A stretch of 59,707 nucleotides of DNA from Candidatus Kaiserbacteria bacterium (GTDB taxonomy: Bacteria; Patescibacteriota; Minisyncoccia; Phycocordibacterales; Phycocordibacteraceae): positions 1 through 59,707 of the forward strand of contig JARIGN010000013.1 in assembly GCA_029288835.1 (NCBI GenBank), in the 5' to 3' direction. Position 1 is the stretch's first letter. The number at the start of each line of letters is the position of its first letter. The notes under the pieces were generated by a model that saw nothing but the letters and a program-made list of their open reading frames with translations, had not been told where the DNA came from and did no database searches. Shown here in pieces: positions 36,587 through 43,377 of the stretch. The translations under genes were made by a program, and so were the position numbers.

Positions 36587-36604
36587 ATATGAGTTTGCTA
36601 TAGT

Positions 36605-37207
36605 TTGGCCATGGCCATACAACCCATACTCCAGAACGGCGCTCCGCTCCTTCGCGAGATAGCAAAGCCGGTCCCGCAAGAACTCTTTGGCAGCAAGGAG
36701 CTTTCAACCATGCTGAAGGATATGGCGGATACGCTAGACCGAGAGGCAGACGGGGTAGCGCTCGCGGCACCCCAGATTGGCCTTCCCTACCGCATGTTTA
36801 TCGTGCGCTATGACCGCACGGTTGCCCCAGAAGTAGTTGACGCTAGCGATGAAGGATCTAAGACGCAGCCGAAAAGCGTAAAAGAAACTGAGCCGTCAAT
36901 TGGTGTCTTTATTAATCCTCACTTTGTGAAGTCATCACGACGCCGAACCGAAATGTGGGAAGGCTGCCTTTCCGTGCGAGGCTTCTATGGCTATGCACTT
37001 CGGAACGAGCGCGCGACCGTGCGAGCCCAGGACGAACACGGCACGTGGTTTGAGCGCGGCGGCGGCGGCCTCATCGCAGAAATATACCAGCATGAAATTG
37101 ACCACCTCGAGGGCATCCTTTTTATTGATCACGCAGAAGGAGTCGTGGCAGTGAAGGATGACGGCACAAAGGAAGATATCAGGGAAGCACAAGAAACCGC
37201 CGCATGA
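36605..37207 (+). CDS. def: peptide deformylase
   Basis: GVALAAPQIG, EGCLS, QHEIDHLEG motifs. Confidence 0.93.
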   Translation: MAMAIQPILQNGAPLLREIAKPVPQELFGSKELSTMLKDMADTLDREADGVALAAPQIGLPYRMFIVRYDRTVAPEVVDASDEGSKTQPKSVKETEPSIGVFINPHFVKSSRRRTEMWEGCLSVRGFYGYALRNERATVRAQDEHGTWFERGGGGLIAEIYQHEIDHLEGILFIDHAEGVVAVKDDGTKEDIREAQETAA

Positions 37208-38094
37208 AGCACCTTCCCTTTATCTTTTTTGGCACGCCGTATGTCGCTCGCGATACGCTCGAGATCCTTACGCAGCGCGGCTATGTGCCGAGCCTTGTGG
37301 TGACCTCGCCTGATAGCCCGCGCGGCCGTGGGCTTGTGCTTACTCCCTCAGAAACAAAGGCCTGGGCACAAGAGCATGATATTCCGGTCATTACTCCTGA
37401 AAAAATTACACCCGAAGTCATCGCTGAGCTACGCACACAAAACGCTTCTTATGGCGTCGTCGCAGCCTATGGAAAGATTTTACCGAAAGACCTCATCGAT
37501 TCCTTCCCACTTGGCATTATTAACATCCACTATTCCCTGCTGCCAAAATATCGCGGCGCCTCGCCGGTGGAAACTGCACTTCTACATGGTGACACAGAAA
37601 CAGGCGTGGCGATCCAGCAGATGGTACCGCAGCTTGACGCAGGCGATGTGTTGGCATTGCAGCGTGTGGCGATTGAGCCTAATGAAACGACACGTGAGCT
37701 CCGTCCACGGCTTGTCGCAATTGGGGCTAATCTCCTTGCAGACATTCTGCCAAGCTTTGAAGCAGGGGTATTGAAGGGCACGCCGCAAGACCCAGCCCTT
37801 GCGACTAAATGCACTAAAATCCAAAAAGAAGATGGCGAGCTGCACCTTTCAAAAGATGCTTCGGAAACCGCAACCCAGCAGCTAAACTGGAACAAATATC
37901 GCGCCTATGCCGAGTCTCCTGGCACCTATTTCTTTGTACAAAAACCCGGAAGCGAGAAACCAGTTCGCGTAAAGATAGTGTCTGCCACGTTACGTGATGG
38001 CGTATTCACTCCACTTCGCATTATTCCCGAAGGAAAATCAGAACAAGATTACTCTACCTATCTCCAGAACAATCCCAGCTTTATTTTGCTCTAG
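37204..38094 (+). CDS. fmt: methionyl-tRNA formyltransferase
   Basis: IFFGTP..A, HYSLLPKYRGASP; ATGA overlap with def. Confidence 0.93.
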   Translation: MKHLPFIFFGTPYVARDTLEILTQRGYVPSLVVTSPDSPRGRGLVLTPSETKAWAQEHDIPVITPEKITPEVIAELRTQNASYGVVAAYGKILPKDLIDSFPLGIINIHYSLLPKYRGASPVETALLHGDTETGVAIQQMVPQLDAGDVLALQRVAIEPNETTRELRPRLVAIGANLLADILPSFEAGVLKGTPQDPALATKCTKIQKEDGELHLSKDASETATQQLNWNKYRAYAESPGTYFFVQKPGSEKPVRVKIVSATLRDGVFTPLRIIPEGKSEQDYSTYLQNNPSFILL

Positions 38095-38475
38095 CTATTC
38101 TGCTTTAAATCCGCGCATTAAGGCCTTGAGCGCAATGCCGCCTTTATGCAAAAGGCTGCGGTCGCGCTTTTTTGATTCCCGTACTTCCTTTTTGATGTCT
38201 GCAATTGCGCCATCTATCGCGTGCTGCGGCTCTTCCCCACGCGCTTCTGCGTTATAGCGCTTGCCATGCGCGTGCAGCTCAATGTGCGCACGCCAGGTTT
38301 CGCCATGCTGGTGTGCGGCGCTTATCTTTCCTAGCTCCACATACACCTGTGCGTCTTCTGCATGCTTTCCTAGATAGCGCTTAAGTGTGGTGAGCTTCCG
38401 AATCGCTTTTTCCGATACTGCGGTTGATACGTCTGCTGAAAGATCCTTGTGGGCATTCTTGAAATGTATCTCCAT
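38095..38475 (-). CDS. hpf: ribosome hibernation promoting factor / RaiA family
   Basis: 126 aa, beta-alpha-beta-beta-beta-alpha style sequence (L..A....KL..L.RY......A.V.L......H......AHIEL...G....AEA......AIDGA.ADIKKE). Confidence 0.75.
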   Translation of the reverse strand: MEIHFKNAHKDLSADVSTAVSEKAIRKLTTLKRYLGKHAEDAQVYVELGKISAAHQHGETWRAHIELHAHGKRYNAEARGEEPQHAIDGAIADIKKEVRESKKRDRSLLHKGGIALKALMRGFKAE

Positions 38476-38485
38476 ACGCGTAGTG

Positions 38486-38725
38486 TTAGGCTGGTACTGC
38501 TGCGGCCTTCTTTTGGAGATAGTCTATGATTGCGTCCGACTCATACATTTCCACCTCCCCGTCAACCAGGTATGGCACCTGCCGCTTACCGCCCCGCCTG
38601 ATGAGTTCTTCGGCCACGGCAGGGTCTGCAATATTTTTTTCTTCAAAGGTGATGCCGAGGGCTGCCGCATTGACGAGCACTTTTGCACAAAAGGGGCATC
38701 CGGTCTTTACATAGAGTGCCTGCAT
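38486..38725 (-). CDS. glutaredoxin-like small thioredoxin-fold protein
   Basis: 79 aa from the ATG at 38725; CPFC active site, RQVPYL, ESDAIIDYL. Confidence 0.8.
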   Translation of the reverse strand: MQALYVKTGCPFCAKVLVNAAALGITFEEKNIADPAVAEELIRRGGKRQVPYLVDGEVEMYESDAIIDYLQKKAAAVPA

Positions 38726-38889
38726 AGCGATGGTGTTAGGGATAATAGGCTTAGTATACCAAGGGGAGATGAGGAACGTATAAAGGGGAAAAGCAGGCGG
38801 AAGCAACGGAGGAAGCAAACTGCTCGGGTTTGCCCAGAAACGGACTTTCCGCTACAATAAACCCTGTTACAAATATGTTGGTAACGCAT

Positions 38890-38961
38890 TCCGCGGTAGC
38901 TCAGAGGTAGAGCGGCTCGCTGTTAACGAGTTGGTCGTAGGTTCGATCCCTACCCGCGGAG
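38890..38961 (+). tRNA. tRNA-Asn (anticodon GUU), CCA not encoded
   Basis: TCCGCGG-TA-GCTC-AGAGGTA-GAGC-G-GCTCG-CTGTTAA-CGAGT-TGGTC-GTAGG-TTCGATC-CCTAC-CCGCGGA-G cloverleaf. Confidence 0.92.
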
Positions 38962-38966
38962 CCGAG

Positions 38967-38995
38967 TTGACAGATGCTAGGTATTGTGCTATATA
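38967..38995 (+). promoter_or_regulatory. consensus sigma70 promoter directly after tRNA-Asn
   Basis: TTGACA (38967-38972)-N17-TATATA (38990-38995), with TGC extended -10. Confidence 0.65.
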
Positions 38996-39003
38996 AAAGA
39001 CAG

Positions 39004-39029
39004 GATCTACGGACTTCCGTCCGTAGATC
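39004..39029 (+). other. 5'-terminal RNA hairpin of the first cassette transcript
   Basis: GATCTACGGA-CTTCCG-TCCGTAGATC, 10-bp perfect stem starting about 8 nt after the -10. Confidence 0.55.
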
Positions 39030-39066
39030 ATGAACATTATATGGCGCCCAAAGGACGCTAGAACGA

Positions 39067-39210
39067 ATGAAGACTACTCTGACGCTCACCGCGTGGCAAG
39101 CAATCTGTGTAGGTGGCTACCGAGAAGCTGAATACGCCTGCGATTACTATTACGTGGACGGCGTCTGCATCGGCAACAGTGGCTGCTATTACACTGGCCA
39201 TTATCGTTAA
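39067..39210 (+). CDS. candidate 47-aa Tyr/Cys-rich peptide with Gly-Gly-type leader
   Basis: Hand-translated: MKTTLTLTAWQAICVGG-YREAEYACDYYYVDGVCIGNSGCYYTGHYR, TAA 39208-39210; AAGGA 11 nt upstream (long spacing); below ORF-track cutoff. Confidence 0.35.
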   Translation: MKTTLTLTAWQAICVGGYREAEYACDYYYVDGVCIGNSGCYYTGHYR

Positions 39211-39354
39211 AGTCCAACACCCCTTTCAGGGGCATCCTTGAAGCGCAGCAAGAAGTTCATCGGCGGGTATCATCACTGCGAAGTGGTGAGGTGCTGCAGA
39301 CCTTTCAGGTCGGCACCAGAATCTGAATCCAGGTCTGAGCACACCTGTCTGCTC

Positions 39355-39389
39355 CCCCACTTGTCGCAAGATGAGTGGGGTTTTGTTTT
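39355..39389 (+). terminator. intrinsic terminator (end of cassette 1)
   Basis: CCCCACT-(12 nt)-AGTGGGG + TTTTGTTTT. Confidence 0.65.
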
Positions 39390-39434
39390 ATTTATACGTT
39401 CTTATCTCCTCCACCAGACGGAGCAGAGTTGACA
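39390..39434 (+). repeat. junction repeat R1 (decayed tRNA-Asn 3' half + flank)
   Basis: ATTTATACGTTCTTATCTCCTCCACCAGACGGAGCAGAGTTGACA; last 16 nt match 38957-38972 at 15/16. Confidence 0.7.
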
Positions 39435-39457
39435 TACGTTCTTTTGTACTAGAACAT
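39429..39457 (+). promoter_or_regulatory. promoter of cassette 2
   Basis: TTGACA-N17-GAACAT (weak -10). Confidence 0.4.
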
Positions 39458-39484
39458 GCAGACAGAGAAACAGGAGCAACCCAA

Positions 39485-39775
39485 ATGACCCTTATAGACT
39501 GGCTAATCATCGGCCTCTGCGTAGTTCTTACTTCGGGCGAAATATGGTTAACCATGCGGCGCAATCGACACTGGATATACGAGAGCGTTCGGGAGTTTCC
39601 ATTTGAGATACCGTTATTGATCATCCTAATGCTCTTGGCACCCATGGGCTGGGTGCTAGATATACTCTATGAAATGACCGCTTATGATCTGTCTGATCAT
39701 CGATACATATGGCTTACTGTGGGCGCCCTTATTTCAGGCTATTTTACGTACAGAAACATTGTTGCCGGAAGTTGA
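39485..39775 (+). CDS. island ORF, 96-aa three-TM membrane protein
   Basis: ACAGGAGC SD 8 nt before ATG 39485; three hydrophobic helices; followed by terminator. Confidence 0.6.
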   Translation: MTLIDWLIIGLCVVLTSGEIWLTMRRNRHWIYESVREFPFEIPLLIILMLLAPMGWVLDILYEMTAYDLSDHRYIWLTVGALISGYFTYRNIVAGS

Positions 39776-39793
39776 GCACAGACACCTCTGATC

Positions 39794-39848
39794 AGCCCAT
39801 CGCAGAAGTTGTCCATTGAGACGCTTCTCGGTGGGCTTCTTCATTTTC
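39794..39848 (+). terminator. intrinsic terminator (cassette 2)
   Basis: AGCCCATCGCAGAAG / CTTCTCGGTGGGCT long imperfect stem + TCTTCATTTT. Confidence 0.6.
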
Positions 39849-39899
39849 ATCCCACCCACGTTCTAACCTCGTGCAACAGGCGGAGCAGACAAATTGATT
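39849..39899 (+). repeat. junction repeat R2
   Basis: ATCCCACCCACGTTCTAACCTCGTGCAACAGGCGGAGCAGACAAATTGATT; shares ACGTTCTAACCTC with R3 and GCGGAGC-GA with the tRNA junction. Confidence 0.55.
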
Positions 39900-39904
39900 T
39901 TATA

Positions 39905-39913
39905 TGCTATAGT
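39905..39913 (+). promoter_or_regulatory. extended -10 promoter of cassette 3
   Basis: TGCTATAGT. Confidence 0.45.
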
Positions 39914-39946
39914 TCGTGGAAACGTTCATTTACAAAGGTTTGAACG

Positions 39947-40438
39947 ATGCATGGTCTCGCGCGTGCCTTCACTGATCCCGACCGAAGCGCCGCACTTGAA
40001 CATGCGGTCGCCAACATCATCAAGTACTTCTCCCGTAACTCTGAGAGTTTGCATTGGGAGAACTGGGAGAGGAGTAATGTAAGCGGCTTTCGGAGTATTA
40101 CACCGGACGGATTCCTCATTGAGATCCGTAAGTTCTATTGGGCCCGATATGGTTCTCACAACATGCGATGGTCGATGTATGGGTTTAACCCTGGCTCTGT
40201 CGATCATTGGTACTACGTGATTATCAAGAATACTCGTTCCCCACGGAATGGCCAGAAACTGGTTGTTGACGTTGCTCTGCTTCAAGGTGATACATGTTAC
40301 ATCCAAGTACGGAATTTCCACCAACGACTACAGCAGACCTGGCGACAAGGGCCAACGAGACCATATCCGGTTTTTTCGCGACCCTTCCGACTACAACTTG
40401 TTCAAGCTTGCCAGGTGGCTACACAACATGCAGGCTGA
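39947..40438 (+). CDS. island ORF, 163-aa hypothetical protein
   Basis: AAAGG 8 nt before the ATG; Trp/Arg-rich, no motif recognised; terminator follows. Confidence 0.6.
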   Translation: MHGLARAFTDPDRSAALEHAVANIIKYFSRNSESLHWENWERSNVSGFRSITPDGFLIEIRKFYWARYGSHNMRWSMYGFNPGSVDHWYYVIIKNTRSPRNGQKLVVDVALLQGDTCYIQVRNFHQRLQQTWRQGPTRPYPVFSRPFRLQLVQACQVATQHAG

Positions 40439-40450
40439 CTAGAACACTGT

Positions 40451-40479
40451 CGCCCGACTTCGGTCGGGTGGCTTCTTTT
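40451..40479 (+). terminator. intrinsic terminator (cassette 3)
   Basis: CGCCCGAC-TTCG-GTCGGGTG + GCTTCTTTT. Confidence 0.7.
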
Positions 40480-40522
40480 ATATATACGTTCTAACCTCCT
40501 CAACCAAACAGAGCCGAGTGAG
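40476..40522 (+). repeat. junction repeat R3
   Basis: CTTTTATATATACGTTCTAACCTCCTCAACCAAACAGAGCCGAGTGAG; GAGCCGAGT identical to the tRNA flank 38960-38968. Confidence 0.6.
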
Positions 40523-40523
40523 C

Positions 40524-40558
40524 GAAATGAAAAGACCCTTCAAGGGTCTTTTCATTTC
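40524..40558. other. 15-bp perfect hairpin (possible bidirectional terminator / empty cassette)
   Basis: GAAATGAAAAGACCC-TTCAA-GGGTCTTTTCATTTC. Confidence 0.6.
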
Positions 40559-40570
40559 CGAGCGAGGCAA

Positions 40571-40610
40571 CCGCGGGGAAGCTTTGCTTACCCGCGGAGT
40601 AAACTTGACA
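40571..40610 (+). repeat. tRNA-Asn acceptor-stem remnant with exact 11-nt direct repeat, followed by -35
   Basis: CCGCGGG-(13 nt)-CCCGCGG hairpin mimics the acceptor stem; TACCCGCGGAG (40589-40599) = 38951-38961; then TAAAC + TTGACA, same 5-nt spacing as at the tRNA. Confidence 0.75.
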
Positions 40611-40633
40611 TATATTAAATATTATATTATATA
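40605..40633 (+). promoter_or_regulatory. promoter of cassette 4
   Basis: TTGACA-N17-TATATA. Confidence 0.6.
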
Positions 40634-40725
40634 TCTAATTCCCGTTCGTATGAACTGGTCGTTCCGCAAGGAATAAGAGGGTTCGTTTCCGCCCTGGATT
40701 GGAAGCATCTATTGGGAGATACCCA

Positions 40726-41013
40726 ATGTCCGACGTTTTTTCTATCACCAATGGTCCTGACCGTATGTTGCTGGTCATTTCGCTTGTTGAAGGAAATCCA
40801 ACCCCACGAAAGACGGTGACCTTCGAGACTGAGTCGCCAACCGGTCATCTAGAAGTCGCCATTACTGCCCTGGAGCAGGAAGACGGCTCTGGTCATTGCT
40901 GGAACTTCAAGGGTTACGGTAAAGCGGGCCAGATGCGAAGCCAAGTCCACGGCTTCTATCGCACAAACACCCGCAAGGGGTGGTTTGCTTGGGGACCACA
41001 ACGCCCTCACTAA
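40726..41013 (+). CDS. island ORF, 95-aa hypothetical protein
   Basis: GGGAG 7 nt before ATG 40726; MSDVFSITNGPDRML...; ~85-nt 5' UTR; terminator follows. Confidence 0.55.
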   Translation: MSDVFSITNGPDRMLLVISLVEGNPTPRKTVTFETESPTGHLEVAITALEQEDGSGHCWNFKGYGKAGQMRSQVHGFYRTNTRKGWFAWGPQRPH

Positions 41014-41047
41014 CCAATAGGCTCACCCGAACAGCCTCTCAAACGGG

Positions 41048-41080
41048 AACCCTCATGCAATTTTGCATGAGGGTTTTTAT
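41048..41080 (+). terminator. intrinsic terminator (cassette 4)
   Basis: AACCCTCATGCAA / TTGCATGAGGGTT + TTT. Confidence 0.75.
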
Positions 41081-41219
41081 ATAAAGGAATTAAGTTTCTT
41101 TAGAATAGCTATAAATAAAACGCCGAAGGATTTCTCCCCCAGCGTTTGGTATAGGTGCACAGATTTAGAAAAGCCAATTCCAAAGAGGAACGAACCACGG
41201 TGGCTGCTGTGGCGCTTTA

Positions 41220-41228
41220 TGCTAGAGT
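41220..41228 (+). promoter_or_regulatory. extended -10 promoter of cassette 5
   Basis: TGCTAGAGT about 22 nt before the ATG. Confidence 0.35.
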
Positions 41229-41250
41229 TGAAAGTAGACAAGGAGGCACT

Positions 41251-41460
41251 ATGTGCGAAGCATGCGGACCCGATAATCCTGAACGGGTGAAGCCCGAATT
41301 AATGAGTCAGCTAAGGAGCCGACTCGAGCGAAGGATGTCCCAACAAGGCATGAGTGTTGATGAGATGCTTCACTCAGGTGAGCAGCAACCCCATCGCACA
41401 TTTCTTGCGAGGCTTCGCCTCCCTCTCCTCAAGAAACGCCGTCCATTCAGCTGCACCTAA
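41251..41460 (+). CDS. island ORF, 69-aa basic protein
   Basis: Strong AAGGAGG 4 nt before ATG 41251; MCEACGPDNPERV...; terminator follows. Confidence 0.55.
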   Translation: MCEACGPDNPERVKPELMSQLRSRLERRMSQQGMSVDEMLHSGEQQPHRTFLARLRLPLLKKRRPFSCT

Positions 41461-41473
41461 ACTCATATAGTCG

Positions 41474-41497
41474 CCGCCCCTAAAGGGGCGGTTTTTC
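41474..41497 (+). terminator. intrinsic terminator (cassette 5)
   Basis: CCGCCCC-TAAA-GGGGCGG + TTTTT. Confidence 0.8.
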
Positions 41498-41542
41498 TTC
41501 ATTACTATCTCCTTACATGACCTAAGCATAGGAGAGCTGACA
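41497..41542 (+). repeat. junction repeat R4 (weaker)
   Basis: CTTCATTACTATCTCCTTACATGACCTAAGCATAGGAGAGCTGACA; shares TATCTCCT with R1 and GGAG..-TGACA. Confidence 0.4.
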
Positions 41543-41565
41543 AATAGCTGGTCCTACTATATACT
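41537..41565 (+). promoter_or_regulatory. promoter of cassette 6
   Basis: CTGACA-N17-TATACT. Confidence 0.5.
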
Positions 41566-41602
41566 CGCAAGCGGAATAAACCTCAGAAACGGAGATTTCT
41601 TC

Positions 41603-41974
41603 GTGGAAAGCACTGGATTACTTCTCCAAAAGGTAGAGACCTGCACTCTCGCAGAATTTACCCGGTCATTGTACCGACGTGTGGAAAGGGTTGAAATACG
41701 CAACGATTTACCACCCGCGAGCGGAGCACTCCGCCCTGCCGAAGGCACCATGAAGTTTGTTCTGGGAGTTCAAGGAAGGGATGAGCGTGAACGACTCTTG
41801 GTGTTCGCGCACATTGTGCTCTATAGCATATTTGTCGTGCATGGACATCTCGATATTGAAGAGGAAGAACTTCCTTTTTTCGTACCATATGCACAAGACG
41901 GAGCAGCGGGAAGGTTTCTGAACCTCCATTACACCGCGGTCAAGAAACTCTTCGAATCTCGCTATACCGCATAG
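41603..41974 (+). CDS. island ORF, 123-aa hypothetical protein (GTG start)
   Basis: GTG at 41603 with ACGGAG upstream; no motif recognised; terminator follows. Confidence 0.45.
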   Translation: MESTGLLLQKVETCTLAEFTRSLYRRVERVEIRNDLPPASGALRPAEGTMKFVLGVQGRDERERLLVFAHIVLYSIFVVHGHLDIEEEELPFFVPYAQDGAAGRFLNLHYTAVKKLFESRYTA

Positions 41975-41990
41975 TCTCTGGTTCAACGAC

Positions 41991-42021
41991 ATAGCACCAA
42001 TGCCAAAGGTGCTATTTTTTA
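41991..42021 (+). terminator. intrinsic terminator (cassette 6)
   Basis: ATAGCACC-(9 nt)-GGTGCTAT + TTTTTT. Confidence 0.75.
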
Positions 42022-42043
42022 TTGGCGTGTCATACTCACGAGC

Positions 42044-42658
42044 ATGAAGAGGTACGCCGTATGGGGAGGAATTATCCTGCTAATTATTTTCGTACTATTC
42101 TTTCTTAATGAAATCGGCACTCGCTCGGGAGTAACTCGTGAGCAAGTATCAGAAACCTTGCCGGGAGATTCTGTCATACCTGACCCTTGGATTTCTATAG
42201 ATCGCGCAGGTACCCTACCCGCATCAAACCAAACCGCGTGGCCGTGGGTTGAGCAGCTCGGGAAGGATCGGGGTGGCTGGTATGCGCCCCTCTGGCTTGA
42301 AAATATGCTTCACGAGCACAGCGCCTCTACGACCTTACCCCAGTATCAAAATTTGAAGGTCGGGGATGTGGTTCACGACTGGGGAGGAGGCACCCTCATC
42401 GTGCTTGCCCTCTCTCCTACGCACTATGTGGTATATGGCTCGCACCCAGCAAACGCTGCCACCTCCTCTCCTTATGCTTTTACCTGGGCATTGGTTCTTG
42501 AAGATAATACCCCTTCGAGCACCAGCTTCCATCTTCGGCTTCGTATGCAAAAACCAACCCACGGATTCGCGCGCTATGTTCCTCCTTCCCTCCCAGGTCT
42601 CATAGACTACGCAACCGATGTGGTGATGTTTACGGGTCTGCGAGAGAAGCTGAAATGA
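42044..42658 (+). CDS. island ORF, membrane-anchored SRPBCC-like protein, 204 aa
   Basis: N-terminal TM; LPGD...W.W..QLG.DRGGWY...WLEN pattern as in actinobacterial-type SRPBCC/START-like proteins; CATACT -10 only 7 nt before the ATG. Confidence 0.55.
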   Translation: MKRYAVWGGIILLIIFVLFFLNEIGTRSGVTREQVSETLPGDSVIPDPWISIDRAGTLPASNQTAWPWVEQLGKDRGGWYAPLWLENMLHEHSASTTLPQYQNLKVGDVVHDWGGGTLIVLALSPTHYVVYGSHPANAATSSPYAFTWALVLEDNTPSSTSFHLRLRMQKPTHGFARYVPPSLPGLIDYATDVVMFTGLREKLK

Positions 42659-42703
42659 GTTTATTTTGCGAAGAACACGTACCTGACACAACTTCCCCGT
42701 AAG

Positions 42704-42732
42704 TTGACATATTCGAAACTTAACTATTTAAT
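42704..42732 (+). promoter_or_regulatory. promoter of cassette 8
   Basis: TTGACA-N17-TTTAAT (the track ORF 'start' at 42704 is this -35). Confidence 0.55.
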
Positions 42733-42754
42733 TCAAACTAGATATACGGACACT

Positions 42755-42952
42755 ATGGTGGTGACCGCTGTAACAAGAGTAGAGGACGACATGTCAAAAG
42801 AAAGGGCCTTGGAAGCTCAGGAGGAAGCTCAGCTTCATGAGCTTCCTGAAGAAGATGAGAAGTTTGCGCGCGGACTGATTGAAAAGGGCTACACATTTAA
42901 GGCTGCAATGCTTGCGGTCGAACATAGCAAAGACCCTCATGCCCCACCCTAG
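42755..42952 (+). CDS. island ORF, small acidic protein (65 aa, or 53 aa from the ATG at 42791)
   Basis: ATG 42755 is the first after the predicted TSS; ATG 42791 has the better SD (AGAGGA); EEAQLHELPEEDE acidic helix. Confidence 0.45.
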   Translation: MVVTAVTRVEDDMSKERALEAQEEAQLHELPEEDEKFARGLIEKGYTFKAAMLAVEHSKDPHAPP

Positions 42953-42968
42953 GGGCATTACTTTTATT
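42939..42968 (+). terminator. intrinsic terminator (cassette 8)
   Basis: ATGCCCC-ACCCTA-GGGGCAT + TACTTTTATT, overlaps the stop codon. Confidence 0.6.
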
Positions 42969-42994
42969 GTTAATTTTTATATTTATGGTATAGT
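42967..42994 (+). promoter_or_regulatory. promoter of cassette 9
   Basis: TTGTTA-N16-TATAGT with TGG extended -10; followed by 5' hairpin AGGTAGGA-ATTG-TCCTACCT (43002-43021). Confidence 0.55.
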
Positions 42995-43043
42995 TCTCAT
43001 GAGGTAGGAATTGTCCTACCTAAGATGTTTCTGGGGACAATAC

Positions 43044-43346
43044 ATGGAAATGTTCAATGCCGTAATCTCTGCGCCCACGTCCAAGTTCAACAAGGCCGGG
43101 GCGGAGGTAGAAGTCGTCGGCCATATTCTCAAGGATGATCGTGGAGCTGATCTTGCGGCAAAGAGTTATGGCCTGCTCAATGCTGCTTACCGGCATGAGC
43201 TGGAGATCTGCCGCTCCACGGACTCGTCGGGAGTAATCGTAATTCGACGCTTCAGAGCCTTCTCGATGGAGCGTGTGCGTTACGAGGCCCGGGCGCTTGC
43301 ACGCGCCTTTTCCAAGCATCTCGGCGTGGAAGCCGTCGTTCAGTAG
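43044..43346 (+). CDS. island ORF, 100-aa hypothetical protein
   Basis: ATG 43044 after GGGGAC; + strand preferred over the overlapping 155-aa minus ORF because promoter, 5' hairpin and terminator are all on the + strand. Confidence 0.5.
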   Translation: MEMFNAVISAPTSKFNKAGAEVEVVGHILKDDRGADLAAKSYGLLNAAYRHELEICRSTDSSGVIVIRRFRAFSMERVRYEARALARAFSKHLGVEAVVQ

Positions 43347-43377
43347 ATCGGCAGCCTGCGACCCAACTCGATCATCT

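Noticed and set aside
36321-36604. Assignment of the priA-def spacer to SRP RNA, RNase P RNA, 6S RNA, tmRNA or a T-box
   Set aside because: By eye, the diagnostic motifs are absent: GGAA/AGCAGCC of SRP helix 8, GAGGAAAGUCC of RNase P, tRNA-like ends of tmRNA, and the T-box sequence. It is kept only as an unclassified ncRNA candidate.
36396-36662. 88-aa ORF in the priA-def spacer
   Set aside because: It has no SD, runs through the terminator hairpin into def in another frame, and has low-complexity composition.
38901-39089. 62-aa minus-strand ORF
   Set aside because: It overlaps the tRNA-Asn gene and the promoter/hairpin region, so it is most likely spurious.
39238-39432. 64-aa TTG-start ORF, and the long form of the 39371-39775 ORF
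   Set aside because: Neither has an SD. Both read through the terminator (39355-39389) and junction repeat R1. The downstream ATG at 39485 with an SD is the credible start.
40528-40677. 49-codon ORF starting inside the 15-bp hairpin
   Set aside because: Its start codon is buried in a perfect stem, and it crosses the att-like repeat and the next promoter. It has no SD.
40640-40705. tRNA- or tmRNA-like element suggested by GAGGGTTCGTTTCCGCCC
   Set aside because: No 5-bp T-stem flanking the TTCGTTT loop, no acceptor stem and no anticodon arm could be folded. It lies in the 5' UTR of the 40726 ORF.
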